DNA of 64,000 nucleotides from Bacteroidota bacterium (GTDB taxonomy: Bacteria > Bacteroidota > Bacteroidia > Sphingobacteriales > Sphingobacteriaceae), in NCBI GenBank assembly GCA_013286565.1, contig JABDFM010000001.1, forward strand, positions 13,500 to 77,499. Direction: 5' to 3'. Under the pieces are notes generated by a model, which did not search any database, was not told the DNA's origin, and saw only the letters and a program-made list of their open reading frames with translations. Positions 46,348 to 55,839 of this stretch are shown one piece after another. The position numbers and the translations under genes are program-made. Numbering within the stretch: the stretch's first letter is position 1; each line of letters begins with the position of its first letter.

Positions 46348-46656
46348 ATGAATCTAAACAATACTAAGGCAGATGTTATCATTGATCTTCAACAAAGAGG
46401 TTATGATAATGATTTCATTTTGAAAAGTGAAGGCCTGCTGTGCATCCAGCATCACGAAATGATTAACCCCGATCAATTTGAGATATCCGAGAGTTACAGG
46501 TTCGACGGTAAAACAAAACCATGTGACAATTTTATCATCTATGCTATAAGATCTCTCAACGACGATGTAAAGGGGATATTAATGACCTCTTACAGTGCTT
46601 TGACGCGAGGCATGTCTGTTCATTTGTGGTCAAAACTTTCAGTTGAACTCCGATAA
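46348..46656 (+). CDS. Small conserved Bacteroidetes protein of unknown function
   Basis: L..RGY..DF, F.I.ESYRFDG...P.D..IIYAI, KGIL pattern. Confidence 0.75.
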   Translation: MNLNNTKADVIIDLQQRGYDNDFILKSEGLLCIQHHEMINPDQFEISESYRFDGKTKPCDNFIIYAIRSLNDDVKGILMTSYSALTRGMSVHLWSKLSVELR

Positions 46657-46686
46657 CCAAAACTTATATACCAAGGAATCAAATTA

Positions 46687-47940
46687 ATGCACACTCAAAA
46701 ACTACTTAAAGGGATTGAAGGATTTGTGGAGGATTACTTCAGCCAAAATCAACGGCCGGAAATGACTTACCACAATATTGAACATACAAAATATGTGGTG
46801 AAGGCTTCCATACAAATCGGGCAACACTATCAGTTGAAAAGTCAGGATATGCTTGTACTGATCTCAGCCGCCTGGTTTCACGACATCGGTTATTTTACTG
46901 ATTGTAAATCCCACGAGGAACTAGGAGCAGCACAGGCAGCCAAATATTTATCAGCACAAAATGTTGATGCCTTAATCGTTGAAAGGATCAAAGACTGTAT
47001 CATGGCAACTAAAATGGGGCAAACACCCTCCGGTCTGCTGCAGGAAATACTGTGTGATGCCGACCTTTTTCATTTGGGCAAACATGCATTTATTAAAAAA
47101 AGTGAGGCATTAAGAAAGGAGCAGGCTTTTATACAAAACCGGCGCATCAGCAAAAAAGAATGGATAGCGGAAACAATAAAATTTATGGAGGGGCATCAAT
47201 ATTATACCGATTATTGCCGCTCGCTGCTAAAGGAGGGTAAAGAAGAAAACCTCAGTCAACTAAAAGCAGAATTTTTAGAGATCGGGCTTGAAAAGACCCA
47301 TAAAGGCGAAGGGTCTGCAACCGGCGCCGAGGATGAATCTAAAAAAAATAAAGACCGACCGGATAAAGGAATTGAAACCATGTTCCGTGTCAGTTCCAGC
47401 AATCATTCGCGGCTCAGTGATATGGCAGATCATAAAGCCCATATCCTCATTACTGTAAATTCCATCATATTATCGGCGATCATTAGCCTGGTGTTACGCA
47501 GGCTGGATACCAGCTCATTCCTCACAATACCCTCTTTCATTTTACTTACGGTAAGCCTGATCACCATCATATTTGCCATCCTGGCCACGCGCCCCTCTAT
47601 TCCCCAGGGGACATTTACCCAGAATGACATCGAACAGAAGAAAGTTAACCTGCTGTTTTTTGGCAACTTTTATCGGATGGGCCTCGAGGAATACACCGTT
47701 GCTATGAATAAGGTGATGGATGACCGGGACTTTCTCTATGACAATCTGATCCGGGATGTTTATTTCCAGGGTATCATACTGGGCAAAAAATACCGGCTGT
47801 TAAGGATCGCCTATAATATTTTCATGTTCGGGCTGACTGTTTCTGTCATTGCATTTATCATTTCGTCGGCAACGGCTGATAAACATACCAACAATCATCT
47901 AACTGGTTTTATTGTACGGAAATTAGCCCCACGTCTTTAA
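46687..47940 (+). CDS. HD-domain phosphohydrolase fused to a Pycsar-effector-like (DUF5706) transmembrane domain
   Basis: YHNIEHT, WFHDIG, HEELGA, CDADLFHLG; C-terminal LSDMADHKAHILITVNSII, NLLFFGNF, KKYRLLRIAYNIF with three TM helices. Confidence 0.87.
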   Translation: MHTQKLLKGIEGFVEDYFSQNQRPEMTYHNIEHTKYVVKASIQIGQHYQLKSQDMLVLISAAWFHDIGYFTDCKSHEELGAAQAAKYLSAQNVDALIVERIKDCIMATKMGQTPSGLLQEILCDADLFHLGKHAFIKKSEALRKEQAFIQNRRISKKEWIAETIKFMEGHQYYTDYCRSLLKEGKEENLSQLKAEFLEIGLEKTHKGEGSATGAEDESKKNKDRPDKGIETMFRVSSSNHSRLSDMADHKAHILITVNSIILSAIISLVLRRLDTSSFLTIPSFILLTVSLITIIFAILATRPSIPQGTFTQNDIEQKKVNLLFFGNFYRMGLEEYTVAMNKVMDDRDFLYDNLIRDVYFQGIILGKKYRLLRIAYNIFMFGLTVSVIAFIISSATADKHTNNHLTGFIVRKLAPRL

Positions 47941-47984
47941 AGCAATATTTACTATAAAACATGTTACGGCATTAAAATTTATAT

Positions 47985-48614
47985 ATGACATATTTATACT
48001 TCAGAAGTCTGAAACTCATTTATATGCTTTTGATATGCGTAGTATCAATTGCCTTTTACGGTAAAGCGACGGCCCAGAATATTGACCTGAGGATACTGGA
48101 AAGTATTAATCCCCGGTACCCGAACTCGCAGTTTTGGAAATATGACAGTTATTCCGCTTATGTTTTTACAGGTATCGCTATGACCGGGCCCCTGATCTAC
48201 GGCTTGGCATCCGGTGACGATGCTGCAAAGCATCGCGCCTATGAAATAATTACTGGCATTGCCTTAAGCACAGTAGTTATGGAAGGGTTAAAATTTTCTA
48301 TTAACCGTACCCGGCCTGGCGACAGGTATCCGGGTTTGGTTTTCCAGGTTGACCCTGCACATGGGCAATCTTTTCCTTCGGGGCATACCAGTCTGGCTTT
48401 TGCTACCGCGACGGAATTAAGCATTCAATACAAAAAATGGTATGTAGCTGTACCAGCATTTCTGTGGGCTGGATCGGTAGGTTATTCCAGGTTGTATTTA
48501 GGAAAGCATTACCCAAGTGATGTATTGGGCGGGGCTGTGGTGGGTGTTGGAGGAGGGTTAGCAAGCCACTGGATCAACGAAAAATTGTTTAAGCACTATT
48601 ATTCGAAAAAATGA
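47985..48614 (+). CDS. PAP2-family phosphatase
   Basis: K....NRTRP, SFPSGH, SRLYLGKHYPSDV. Confidence 0.92.
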   Translation: MTYLYFRSLKLIYMLLICVVSIAFYGKATAQNIDLRILESINPRYPNSQFWKYDSYSAYVFTGIAMTGPLIYGLASGDDAAKHRAYEIITGIALSTVVMEGLKFSINRTRPGDRYPGLVFQVDPAHGQSFPSGHTSLAFATATELSIQYKKWYVAVPAFLWAGSVGYSRLYLGKHYPSDVLGGAVVGVGGGLASHWINEKLFKHYYSKK

Positions 48615-51172
48615 TGAAAAAACTTTTGTTTATTCTCTCCATATCGCTGGCAGGATTGTCGGTAAGGGCACAGGTTGGCAAAGTAATTACCGAGGATAGC
48701 GTCGTTGTTAAAGTGCATCCCGCTTTCGACAAAGTAAGCAAATTCCATCGCTTCCTTTTTGGTGAAAACTACCGGAAGGAATGGGCCATCGACACCAAAT
48801 TACCGGTATTCAGGGTATCTGAATTACACGGCGGGCTAAGGCCTGAACGTTTAGGAGGAGGTATGCAGACTACCTCATTGCGAATGATCGACCCGAAAGG
48901 AATAGAGTGGGTTTTGCGAAGTGTTGAAAAAGACCCTGTAAAATTATTACCTGCCGAATTAAAGCAAACCTTTGCCAGGGATTGGTTGATCGACGCCATG
49001 AGTGCCCAACATCCCTATTCAGCGTTAATAGTTCCCCCTTTAGCAGAAGCAGCCGGCATCCCGCATACCGTTCCAATTATTGGTGTGGTTTCGGCGGATA
49101 AGAACCTGGGTGAATTCAATAAGATATTTGCAGGCAAGGTCTGTTTGCTGGAAGAACGGGAACCGACGGGTGGCTCAGAGAGCACACTCAAAACGATGGT
49201 AGATCTGTATAATGATAATGATTACTCCGTCGACGGGAACGGATTTCTAAAAGCAAGGTGCCTGGATGTTTTAATAGGTGATTGGGACCGCCATGATGAT
49301 AACTGGAGATTTTCTGTTGAAACGGATAATAAAAACCGAATATATACTGCTGTTCCACGCGACAGGGACCAGGTAATGTACATCAATCAGGGGTTAATTC
49401 CCTGGACCGTATCCCGTTCATGGATAGTGCCCTACCTGCAGGGCTTTGGAGGACAGATCAGGGATATCCGGCTTTCACTTTATATATCAGATTTTATGGA
49501 CAGGTACCCATCCATCCATCTGGGTTATACGGAATGGATGAAGGTCGTAAATGATTTTGTAGCCGCTGAAACCGATGAGGTGTTAGAGGCCGGATTGAAA
49601 AGACTGCCGCAATCTGCTTATAGGTTAAGACATGATTCCTTACTCAGTGCATTAAAACAACGACGGAACAGCTTGCCGGCAGCCATGTCTTACTATTACC
49701 GTTATGTGAACAGGATCGTTGATTTACACGTCAGTAATAAAGGAGAACAGATCATTATCAAAGATACCTCGGATAATGGCTTAACGGTTACGATCAATAA
49801 GATGAGTAAGAAGGGAAATGTGAAAGATGCCATTTTCAATGGCACATTTGATCCGCAGATCACCAAAGAGATCCGGTTTTATATGGGTGGGGGAAATGAC
49901 CAGGTCCTATTGAATAATAGTTCCTCACCAATCAAATTGAGATTCGTAGATAGCCTGGACCATAAGGATTATCATATTATAAAGTCGGTAAACAGAGTTC
50001 AGATATATGACCAGAGCAGACAAAACCTGTCATTCGTTGGCGATTCATCCAGGGCAAGGCTCCACCTTTCAAAAGACAGTGCGAATACCTCATTTTTACC
50101 TGTTAACCTGTTCAATGTATGGATGCCGCTAGCTGATGCACAGATCAATAAGGATGACGGGTTTTTATTGGGGTTTGGGTTTAGGTACATGGGCCGCGAT
50201 GGCTTCCGGGCAAGCCCTTACAATGAGATACAAGAGTTATTGATCAGCCATTCTTTTGCTACAAAAGCGTTTAATATTAAATACAAAGGCGAATGGATAC
50301 ACGCGCTTGGTAATGCTGATATTATTTTACAAGCAAATGCGAAAGCGCCTAATAATACGATCAACTTTTTCGGACTTGGAAATGAGACTGTATTTGATAA
50401 AACAGGGGATTATGTCAAATATTACCGGACCAGGTTTAATACATATCTTCTTGATCCGGCACTGCGCTGGCGGAGCGACCATGGACTGAGTTTTAGTATA
50501 GGTCCGTCTTTTCAATACTATCACTTTAACCCGCAGGACAATGCAGGCAGATTTATTAATAATACTTCACTTATTCACTCTTATGACAGTTTAACCGTTG
50601 CAAAAGATAAGCTGCATGCCGGGGTAACCGCGGTACTGATCAATGATAAAAGAAACAATAAACTGCTGCCTACCGAAGGAAGCTATATCAACCTGAAAGT
50701 GCAAAGCTATGCTGGTTTAAACGACTATTCTAAAAGATATACACAGATTACTGGAGAGGCTTCATTCTATGTGCATTTTGCGGACACGGTAATTACGCTG
50801 GCTGACAGGGTAGGTGGCGGCGCAACTTTTGGGAATGCTGCATTTTATCAGTCACTATTCTTAGGAGGTCAGGGTAACCTTTTGGGCTACCGGCAATACC
50901 GCTTTGCAGGACAGGAAATGCTATTTAATAATCTTGAAGCGCGAATTAAATTGTTCAGTATTGCGAGCTACGTGTTGCCCGGGGAGCTTGGGTTAACGGG
51001 TTTCTTTGATACAGGCAGGGTTTGGGTTGATGGCGAAAGTTCAGATAAATGGCATACCGGTACAGGTGGCGGGGTCTATTTTATGCCGGCCGGCCTTACC
51101 CTGATACAAATATTGGCGGGACATTCAACGGAGGGATGGTACCCCGAGTTTTCGCTTCAATTCAGGTTTTGA
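48611..51172 (+). CDS. Omp85/TamA-like outer-membrane protein with N-terminal atypical-kinase-like domain
   Basis: Signal peptide; GGGMQT, LRSVEK, DVLIGDWDRHDDNW, PRDRDQ. The C-terminal barrel has LLGYRQYRFAG, FFDTGRVW and a terminal Phe. Confidence 0.78.
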   Translation: MMKKLLFILSISLAGLSVRAQVGKVITEDSVVVKVHPAFDKVSKFHRFLFGENYRKEWAIDTKLPVFRVSELHGGLRPERLGGGMQTTSLRMIDPKGIEWVLRSVEKDPVKLLPAELKQTFARDWLIDAMSAQHPYSALIVPPLAEAAGIPHTVPIIGVVSADKNLGEFNKIFAGKVCLLEEREPTGGSESTLKTMVDLYNDNDYSVDGNGFLKARCLDVLIGDWDRHDDNWRFSVETDNKNRIYTAVPRDRDQVMYINQGLIPWTVSRSWIVPYLQGFGGQIRDIRLSLYISDFMDRYPSIHLGYTEWMKVVNDFVAAETDEVLEAGLKRLPQSAYRLRHDSLLSALKQRRNSLPAAMSYYYRYVNRIVDLHVSNKGEQIIIKDTSDNGLTVTINKMSKKGNVKDAIFNGTFDPQITKEIRFYMGGGNDQVLLNNSSSPIKLRFVDSLDHKDYHIIKSVNRVQIYDQSRQNLSFVGDSSRARLHLSKDSANTSFLPVNLFNVWMPLADAQINKDDGFLLGFGFRYMGRDGFRASPYNEIQELLISHSFATKAFNIKYKGEWIHALGNADIILQANAKAPNNTINFFGLGNETVFDKTGDYVKYYRTRFNTYLLDPALRWRSDHGLSFSIGPSFQYYHFNPQDNAGRFINNTSLIHSYDSLTVAKDKLHAGVTAVLINDKRNNKLLPTEGSYINLKVQSYAGLNDYSKRYTQITGEASFYVHFADTVITLADRVGGGATFGNAAFYQSLFLGGQGNLLGYRQYRFAGQEMLFNNLEARIKLFSIASYVLPGELGLTGFFDTGRVWVDGESSDKWHTGTGGGVYFMPAGLTLIQILAGHSTEGWYPEFSLQFRF

Positions 51173-51197
51173 TTTGTAACAAGTTCAATATCATGTT

Positions 51198-53555
51198 ATG
51201 CAAACGGGATTAAGTTATCTGCCGGAAAACCGGCAGATAAATGAGCTTATTGAAACTAAAATTTCATTCGGGCCGTTTATTGCCTACCTCGAGGGACATA
51301 TCAAGAACGAAGAAACATTTAAAGCGAAATTCTATGAATTTGTATTGAAAGAGTTTCATAAGGAGCCTTTCTATAACTCAAGTATCAGAAATGAGGATAT
51401 TCATCAATATACCAATTACCTGGAGCTTATTTACAGCGTTCTGTCACCGGTAATCTCCGATGAAAAGGATTTTTTGTGGGCATTGTCCGCCCCCTTGTCG
51501 AAGAATGCTTTCTATGGAACGGATGCCTATATAGATATGGTTAACAGTGACGACTCTTTTGAGTTAAAACCGAACTTTATTTTTGAATATGATGACCATA
51601 TAAAGCAATCCTATTTTACTGCGATCTACAATTTAATACTAAACAGGTTTTACCAAATAACACCTATTGACGCCGGGCAAATAATCTACGTTCACTTCGA
51701 TTCACAGATCGGTTTAAAAAAATATTATAAATTGGTACAAGACACGCGCTTTGTTGATGTAAGAACTTCTGGTATTTTACCGGTTATAGATTTTGAAACA
51801 TTGAATAAAGATAGGGCGAGTGAAAATCTGGTAGATAGCCTAAAGGTAATACTCCCGCTTTCGCGGTTTTATGTTGAAGGGTTTACGGTGAATACTCTTG
51901 AAGACATAACCGAAGATTATGCCATTGATATGATCAAAAAAGCCTTGCTGGAGAAATCATTCAACCAAAGTGAGCTGTATGAGCAGGTAAAGTATGCCCT
52001 GAAAATACTAGGGGGCGACAAAGATGCCGAATTTGGCCTGTTGCCGTTTTTGACGGTTAATAATAAGTTGGTTTTTGATGATATTGAATGCTCGAGGAGC
52101 ATACTGATTAAGTCGGCAAGACAAGGCACTGAAAGTATGGCTGCAATTTATGATACCGCCCAACGTTTTGCTGAAAACCCGGTTGTAAGTTATTATAAAG
52201 TTATCACGCCGGATATGCAGCGGGATAATTCTCACCTGGCTTCCGTGAAATCAATTGGTGTCAATTCCTATGCTATTATGCCTGTTTATTTTAATCAGCA
52301 TTTTGTAGGCGTATTGGAAGTTTACTCCGAAAAAGAAAGATTGCTTTACGAATATATTTTATCGCGGCTTTCAGGCGCTATTCCCCTGGTTGCCCAGTTA
52401 CTTCAAAACAGTATCGAGCGTTTAAACCAAAAGATTGAGAATATTATAATGGAGAAGTTTACACCGCTGCAAACTTCGGTTCAATGGAAATTCAATGAAA
52501 TAGCACTTGAATACCTGCGTTCATCAAATTTCGGAGAAAAGAAAGCTGCGATAAGTACCATCGCCTTTGAAAATATCTACCCTTTATTTGGCGCCGTGGA
52601 CATAAGAAATTCCACTATTGAACGTAACCGCGCTTTAAATGAAGATATCAGCAGTCTCTTAAACCTGCTTGGTTCGGGGAGGAAAAGCATCTGTGCCCTA
52701 CTTTCCAAAACAAAGGCATCGTTGGTTGACCAGCAATTTTCGCGATGGATTGCCAAGGCGGATAACTTTTTGCGGTTAAGTGATTCGCTAACGCTCAATG
52801 CGTTCCTGGTAGGGGAATTGGTTCCATTCCTTGATAATTTGTCTGCTAAAAATCCGGAAGTAAAACTTCCGGTAAGCCTGTTAAAAAAGATTCTTGCAGA
52901 AGACGGTGGTGAAATATCAGGTAACAGGACAGCGCTGGAGGCGTATATCAACATCATTAACTCCGCATTGAATAAATTTTTTGAAGGGGAACGCGAAAAA
53001 CTGCAGGCTATTTATCCTTGTTACTTTGAAACTTTCAGGACCGATGGCGTTGAATACGATTTGTATACCGGGCAATCGATCAAGCCAGGTATCGAGTTTA
53101 CCAGGCCGCACCTTGAAGCTTTCAGACTTTGGCAACTCCGATCAATGTGTAAAATAGTTTCCCTAACAAAAGCACTGCTGAACAGTATGCCAAGAGTTCT
53201 GCAAACTACCCAGTTGATCTATGTTAACCCGCATCCCATAAATATCAGTTTCAGGATCGATGAACGGCACTTTGACGTTGAAGGGGCATATAATATCAGG
53301 TACCAGGTGGTCAAGAAACGGATTGATAAAGTTTTGATAAAGAATTCCTCCGAGCGCCTGACCCAGCCTGGAAAAATTGCCATCGTTTATTTTAATGAGA
53401 ATGATTTGGAACAGTACTTAACCTACATCAAAATATGCCAGGATGAGGGCATTTTGCAAAATGATTTTGAATTATTGGAACTTGAAGAATTACAGGGTGT
53501 TTCTGGACTAAAGGCGGTAAGGGTCAATGTAAATCCATCCATGACCAAAAATTGA
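51198..53555 (+). CDS. GAF-domain-containing protein (785 aa)
   Basis: GAF segment GVNSYAIMPVYFNQHFVGVLEVYS; conserved C-terminal FGAVDIRNST, FRTDGVEYDLY.GQSI, FDVEGAYNIRY.VVKKRIDK. Confidence 0.82.
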   Translation: MQTGLSYLPENRQINELIETKISFGPFIAYLEGHIKNEETFKAKFYEFVLKEFHKEPFYNSSIRNEDIHQYTNYLELIYSVLSPVISDEKDFLWALSAPLSKNAFYGTDAYIDMVNSDDSFELKPNFIFEYDDHIKQSYFTAIYNLILNRFYQITPIDAGQIIYVHFDSQIGLKKYYKLVQDTRFVDVRTSGILPVIDFETLNKDRASENLVDSLKVILPLSRFYVEGFTVNTLEDITEDYAIDMIKKALLEKSFNQSELYEQVKYALKILGGDKDAEFGLLPFLTVNNKLVFDDIECSRSILIKSARQGTESMAAIYDTAQRFAENPVVSYYKVITPDMQRDNSHLASVKSIGVNSYAIMPVYFNQHFVGVLEVYSEKERLLYEYILSRLSGAIPLVAQLLQNSIERLNQKIENIIMEKFTPLQTSVQWKFNEIALEYLRSSNFGEKKAAISTIAFENIYPLFGAVDIRNSTIERNRALNEDISSLLNLLGSGRKSICALLSKTKASLVDQQFSRWIAKADNFLRLSDSLTLNAFLVGELVPFLDNLSAKNPEVKLPVSLLKKILAEDGGEISGNRTALEAYINIINSALNKFFEGEREKLQAIYPCYFETFRTDGVEYDLYTGQSIKPGIEFTRPHLEAFRLWQLRSMCKIVSLTKALLNSMPRVLQTTQLIYVNPHPINISFRIDERHFDVEGAYNIRYQVVKKRIDKVLIKNSSERLTQPGKIAIVYFNENDLEQYLTYIKICQDEGILQNDFELLELEELQGVSGLKAVRVNVNPSMTKN

Positions 53556-53569
53556 CTTAGAGCAGAATT

Positions 53570-54574
53570 TTACAATTTCAAAAATTCCAATAATGGCTGA
53601 ATAAATCTGTCAAAGGCTTCGATGTGCGGTACATGGCCTATTCCATCGAGTTCAACAAGCTTTGATCCTTTTATTTTTTCGTGTGTCAATTTTCCCAATA
53701 CAGGATAATTGCCTAATGTTTTTCGTACATCTTCACTCACCAAATTCTTGCCCATTGCTGTCCTGTCCAGTTGGCCAATAATCAATAAGGTTGGTGCTTT
53801 GATATATTCAAATTCGTAGCATACCGGCTGCGTAAAGATCATGTCATAGGTAAGAGCTGCATCCCATGCGATTCGGTTATAGTCTTTGTTCAAAGTCCAC
53901 CCAACCTCGATTTCCAGCAGTTTATCATATGCCGGTTTCCAGGTGCCATGAAAATAACTTTCCTGTTCATACTGTTTAAGAGAATTATAATTCTGCTTTA
54001 ATTGAGTTTGATACCAGGTGTCGACAGACTGGTAGGGAACCTTTACCTTCCAGTCCTCCAGTCCGATTGGGTCCTCCAAAATCAGTTTCTCAACCAGTTC
54101 GGGATACATCAATGAGAATCTTGATGCAATCATCCCACCCATAGAATGACCCAATACATAAAGTTTTTGTATTGTGAGTGAATCCAGTATCGCTTTGATA
54201 TTCTGGCAAAGCAACTGGAATGAATACTGTATGTGCTGTGGCTTTGATGATTTTCCAAAACCAATCTGGTCGGGAACAATGACCCTGTATCCGTTTTTAG
54301 TTAATACTGCTATAGTTCGCGCCCAATAGGATCCACTAAAATTTTTCCCATGTAACAGCATAATAACATGCCCGTTGGCATTGGCGGGCTTTACATCCAT
54401 GTAGGCCATTTTTAAGGTCTCGCCCTGAATTTTTAACGTGATAAATTGAACGGGATAAGGGTATGGATAATTTGTGAGATCAATATCCTGGGGTTTTACA
54501 GAAGGCTCCTGTGCTTTGGTGACCGAGGCAGTTAACAAAAATCCTATCAATAGCAATTTAACTTTTGTGTTCAT
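53570..54574 (-). CDS. Secreted alpha/beta hydrolase
   Basis: Signal peptide; LLHGKNF, PDQIGFGKS, GHSMGG, GHVPH. Confidence 0.9.
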   Translation of the reverse strand: MNTKVKLLLIGFLLTASVTKAQEPSVKPQDIDLTNYPYPYPVQFITLKIQGETLKMAYMDVKPANANGHVIMLLHGKNFSGSYWARTIAVLTKNGYRVIVPDQIGFGKSSKPQHIQYSFQLLCQNIKAILDSLTIQKLYVLGHSMGGMIASRFSLMYPELVEKLILEDPIGLEDWKVKVPYQSVDTWYQTQLKQNYNSLKQYEQESYFHGTWKPAYDKLLEIEVGWTLNKDYNRIAWDAALTYDMIFTQPVCYEFEYIKAPTLLIIGQLDRTAMGKNLVSEDVRKTLGNYPVLGKLTHEKIKGSKLVELDGIGHVPHIEAFDRFIQPLLEFLKL

Positions 54575-54723
54575 ATCAAATTCCTTTAATGCGAATGGTT
54601 GTATAAAAATACAATTTATTTATACCGGCATTGACGATGGCAGCCTTGTTAAATTTTCTTAAATTGCTTTGAAACCCATAGCGCTATGAGTAGTGCATAT
54701 ATCTTTTTCATGGACTCCGTTTT

Positions 54724-54751
54724 AGGTCTTCACCCGGATTGATGAAGACCT
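54724..54751. terminator. Hairpin downstream of the YceI gene
   Basis: AGGTCTTCA/TGAAGACCT 9-bp stem. Confidence 0.4.
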
Positions 54752-54776
54752 TTCCGGGCAGTATCTCAAAGGTAGA

Positions 54777-55307
54777 TTATGCATGTTTTACTAATTGTAT
54801 ATCACAATTGATCTTAATTTCATCACTGACAACGATTTGACCTGCTTCGGTTACTCCGCTCCAGGTCAGGTCGAAAGCCTTCCTACTTATTTTTCCGTTT
54901 ACTGTAAAGCCGGCTTTTGTTTGTCCGTATGGATCAACCACAATTCCGCCGAAATTAACATCAAGCGTAATAGGCTTGGTGACACCTTTAATGGTAAGAT
55001 CTCCATGAAGGTTGTAATCCTCACCTGATTTTTCGAACCGGTTGCCGGTGAACTTGATTAAGATGTGTTGTTCCGAATCAAAAAACTCTGGGGATTTTAA
55101 GTGTGAGTCTCTTTGTTCATTATTCGTGCTGATGGAATCGACATCTGCCGTAAATTCAATTTTAGTGGCAGTCGTAAAGTCGTCTCCATCGGTTATCACT
55201 TCCAGGTCATAGCCAGTAAAATATCCCGTTATTGTGGTGATCATCAGGTGTTTTACCTTAAACTGCACTTCGCTGTGCGAAGGATCAATGTTCCATTTAG
55301 TTGTCAT
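54777..55307 (-). CDS. yceI: YceI family polyisoprenoid-binding protein
   Basis: WNIDPSHSEVQFKVKHLMI, RDSHLKSPEFFD, GDLTIKGVTKP. Start ATG 55307. Confidence 0.92.
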   Translation of the reverse strand: MTTKWNIDPSHSEVQFKVKHLMITTITGYFTGYDLEVITDGDDFTTATKIEFTADVDSISTNNEQRDSHLKSPEFFDSEQHILIKFTGNRFEKSGEDYNLHGDLTIKGVTKPITLDVNFGGIVVDPYGQTKAGFTVNGKISRKAFDLTWSGVTEAGQIVVSDEIKINCDIQLVKHA

Positions 55308-55333
55308 AATATTTTTGTTTTTGGCAATGTCAG

Positions 55334-55348
55334 CCAAGTTCGATGCCA
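55334..55348 (-). promoter_or_regulatory. Putative sigma54 -24/-12 promoter of yceI
   Basis: Minus strand TGGCATCGAACTTGG, 27 bp upstream of the ATG. Confidence 0.55.
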
Positions 55349-55839
55349 TAAAGCTAATTAGCTGAAAATCAACCTCATGAGTAAGTGTTTATATCGCAAC
55401 CTCACTATATTTAGTATTATTTTTGCGATTTGGCTAAATATGGTTGTTATACAGACCAGAACATTTTACAAACAAGCCAAATGTGCCAACCATATTTCGT
55501 GGTTAGCTTATCTTTAGGCAACGATATATCGTTGTATCTCGGCATGCCATGAAGGCAGGGGAGATCAAAGGAACTGATTTAGAATTAATGGGCAGGTTGT
55601 TTACCGGGAAATTCACCGTAAAATGATATTGTCATTGAATTATCAGTTTCTAAGCCGTTTTTCAGGCTATTTTGGCAAGGTCTGTGATTTGGAGCTAAAT
55701 GTAAATGCTTCTTCAGAATTCAATGAGTTTATGTTATTTTAGTGTTAACATTTGAATCACTGAACCCCACCTGCGGATAATTGATAGTTTGGAGAGGGAT
55801 CGTCGCATTTGTTCTTATAACAAGCCATAGCCGAGCCCA

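Noticed and set aside
46348-46656. The 'phosphoribosylpyrophosphate synthetase' label often attached to this small family
   Set aside because: At 102 aa it has no PRPP-synthetase motifs; likely a propagated misannotation.
46687-47940. Calling this a canonical Pycsar anti-phage system
   Set aside because: No canonical PycC cyclase is adjacent and the effector domain is fused to HD; kept only as a signalling hypothesis.
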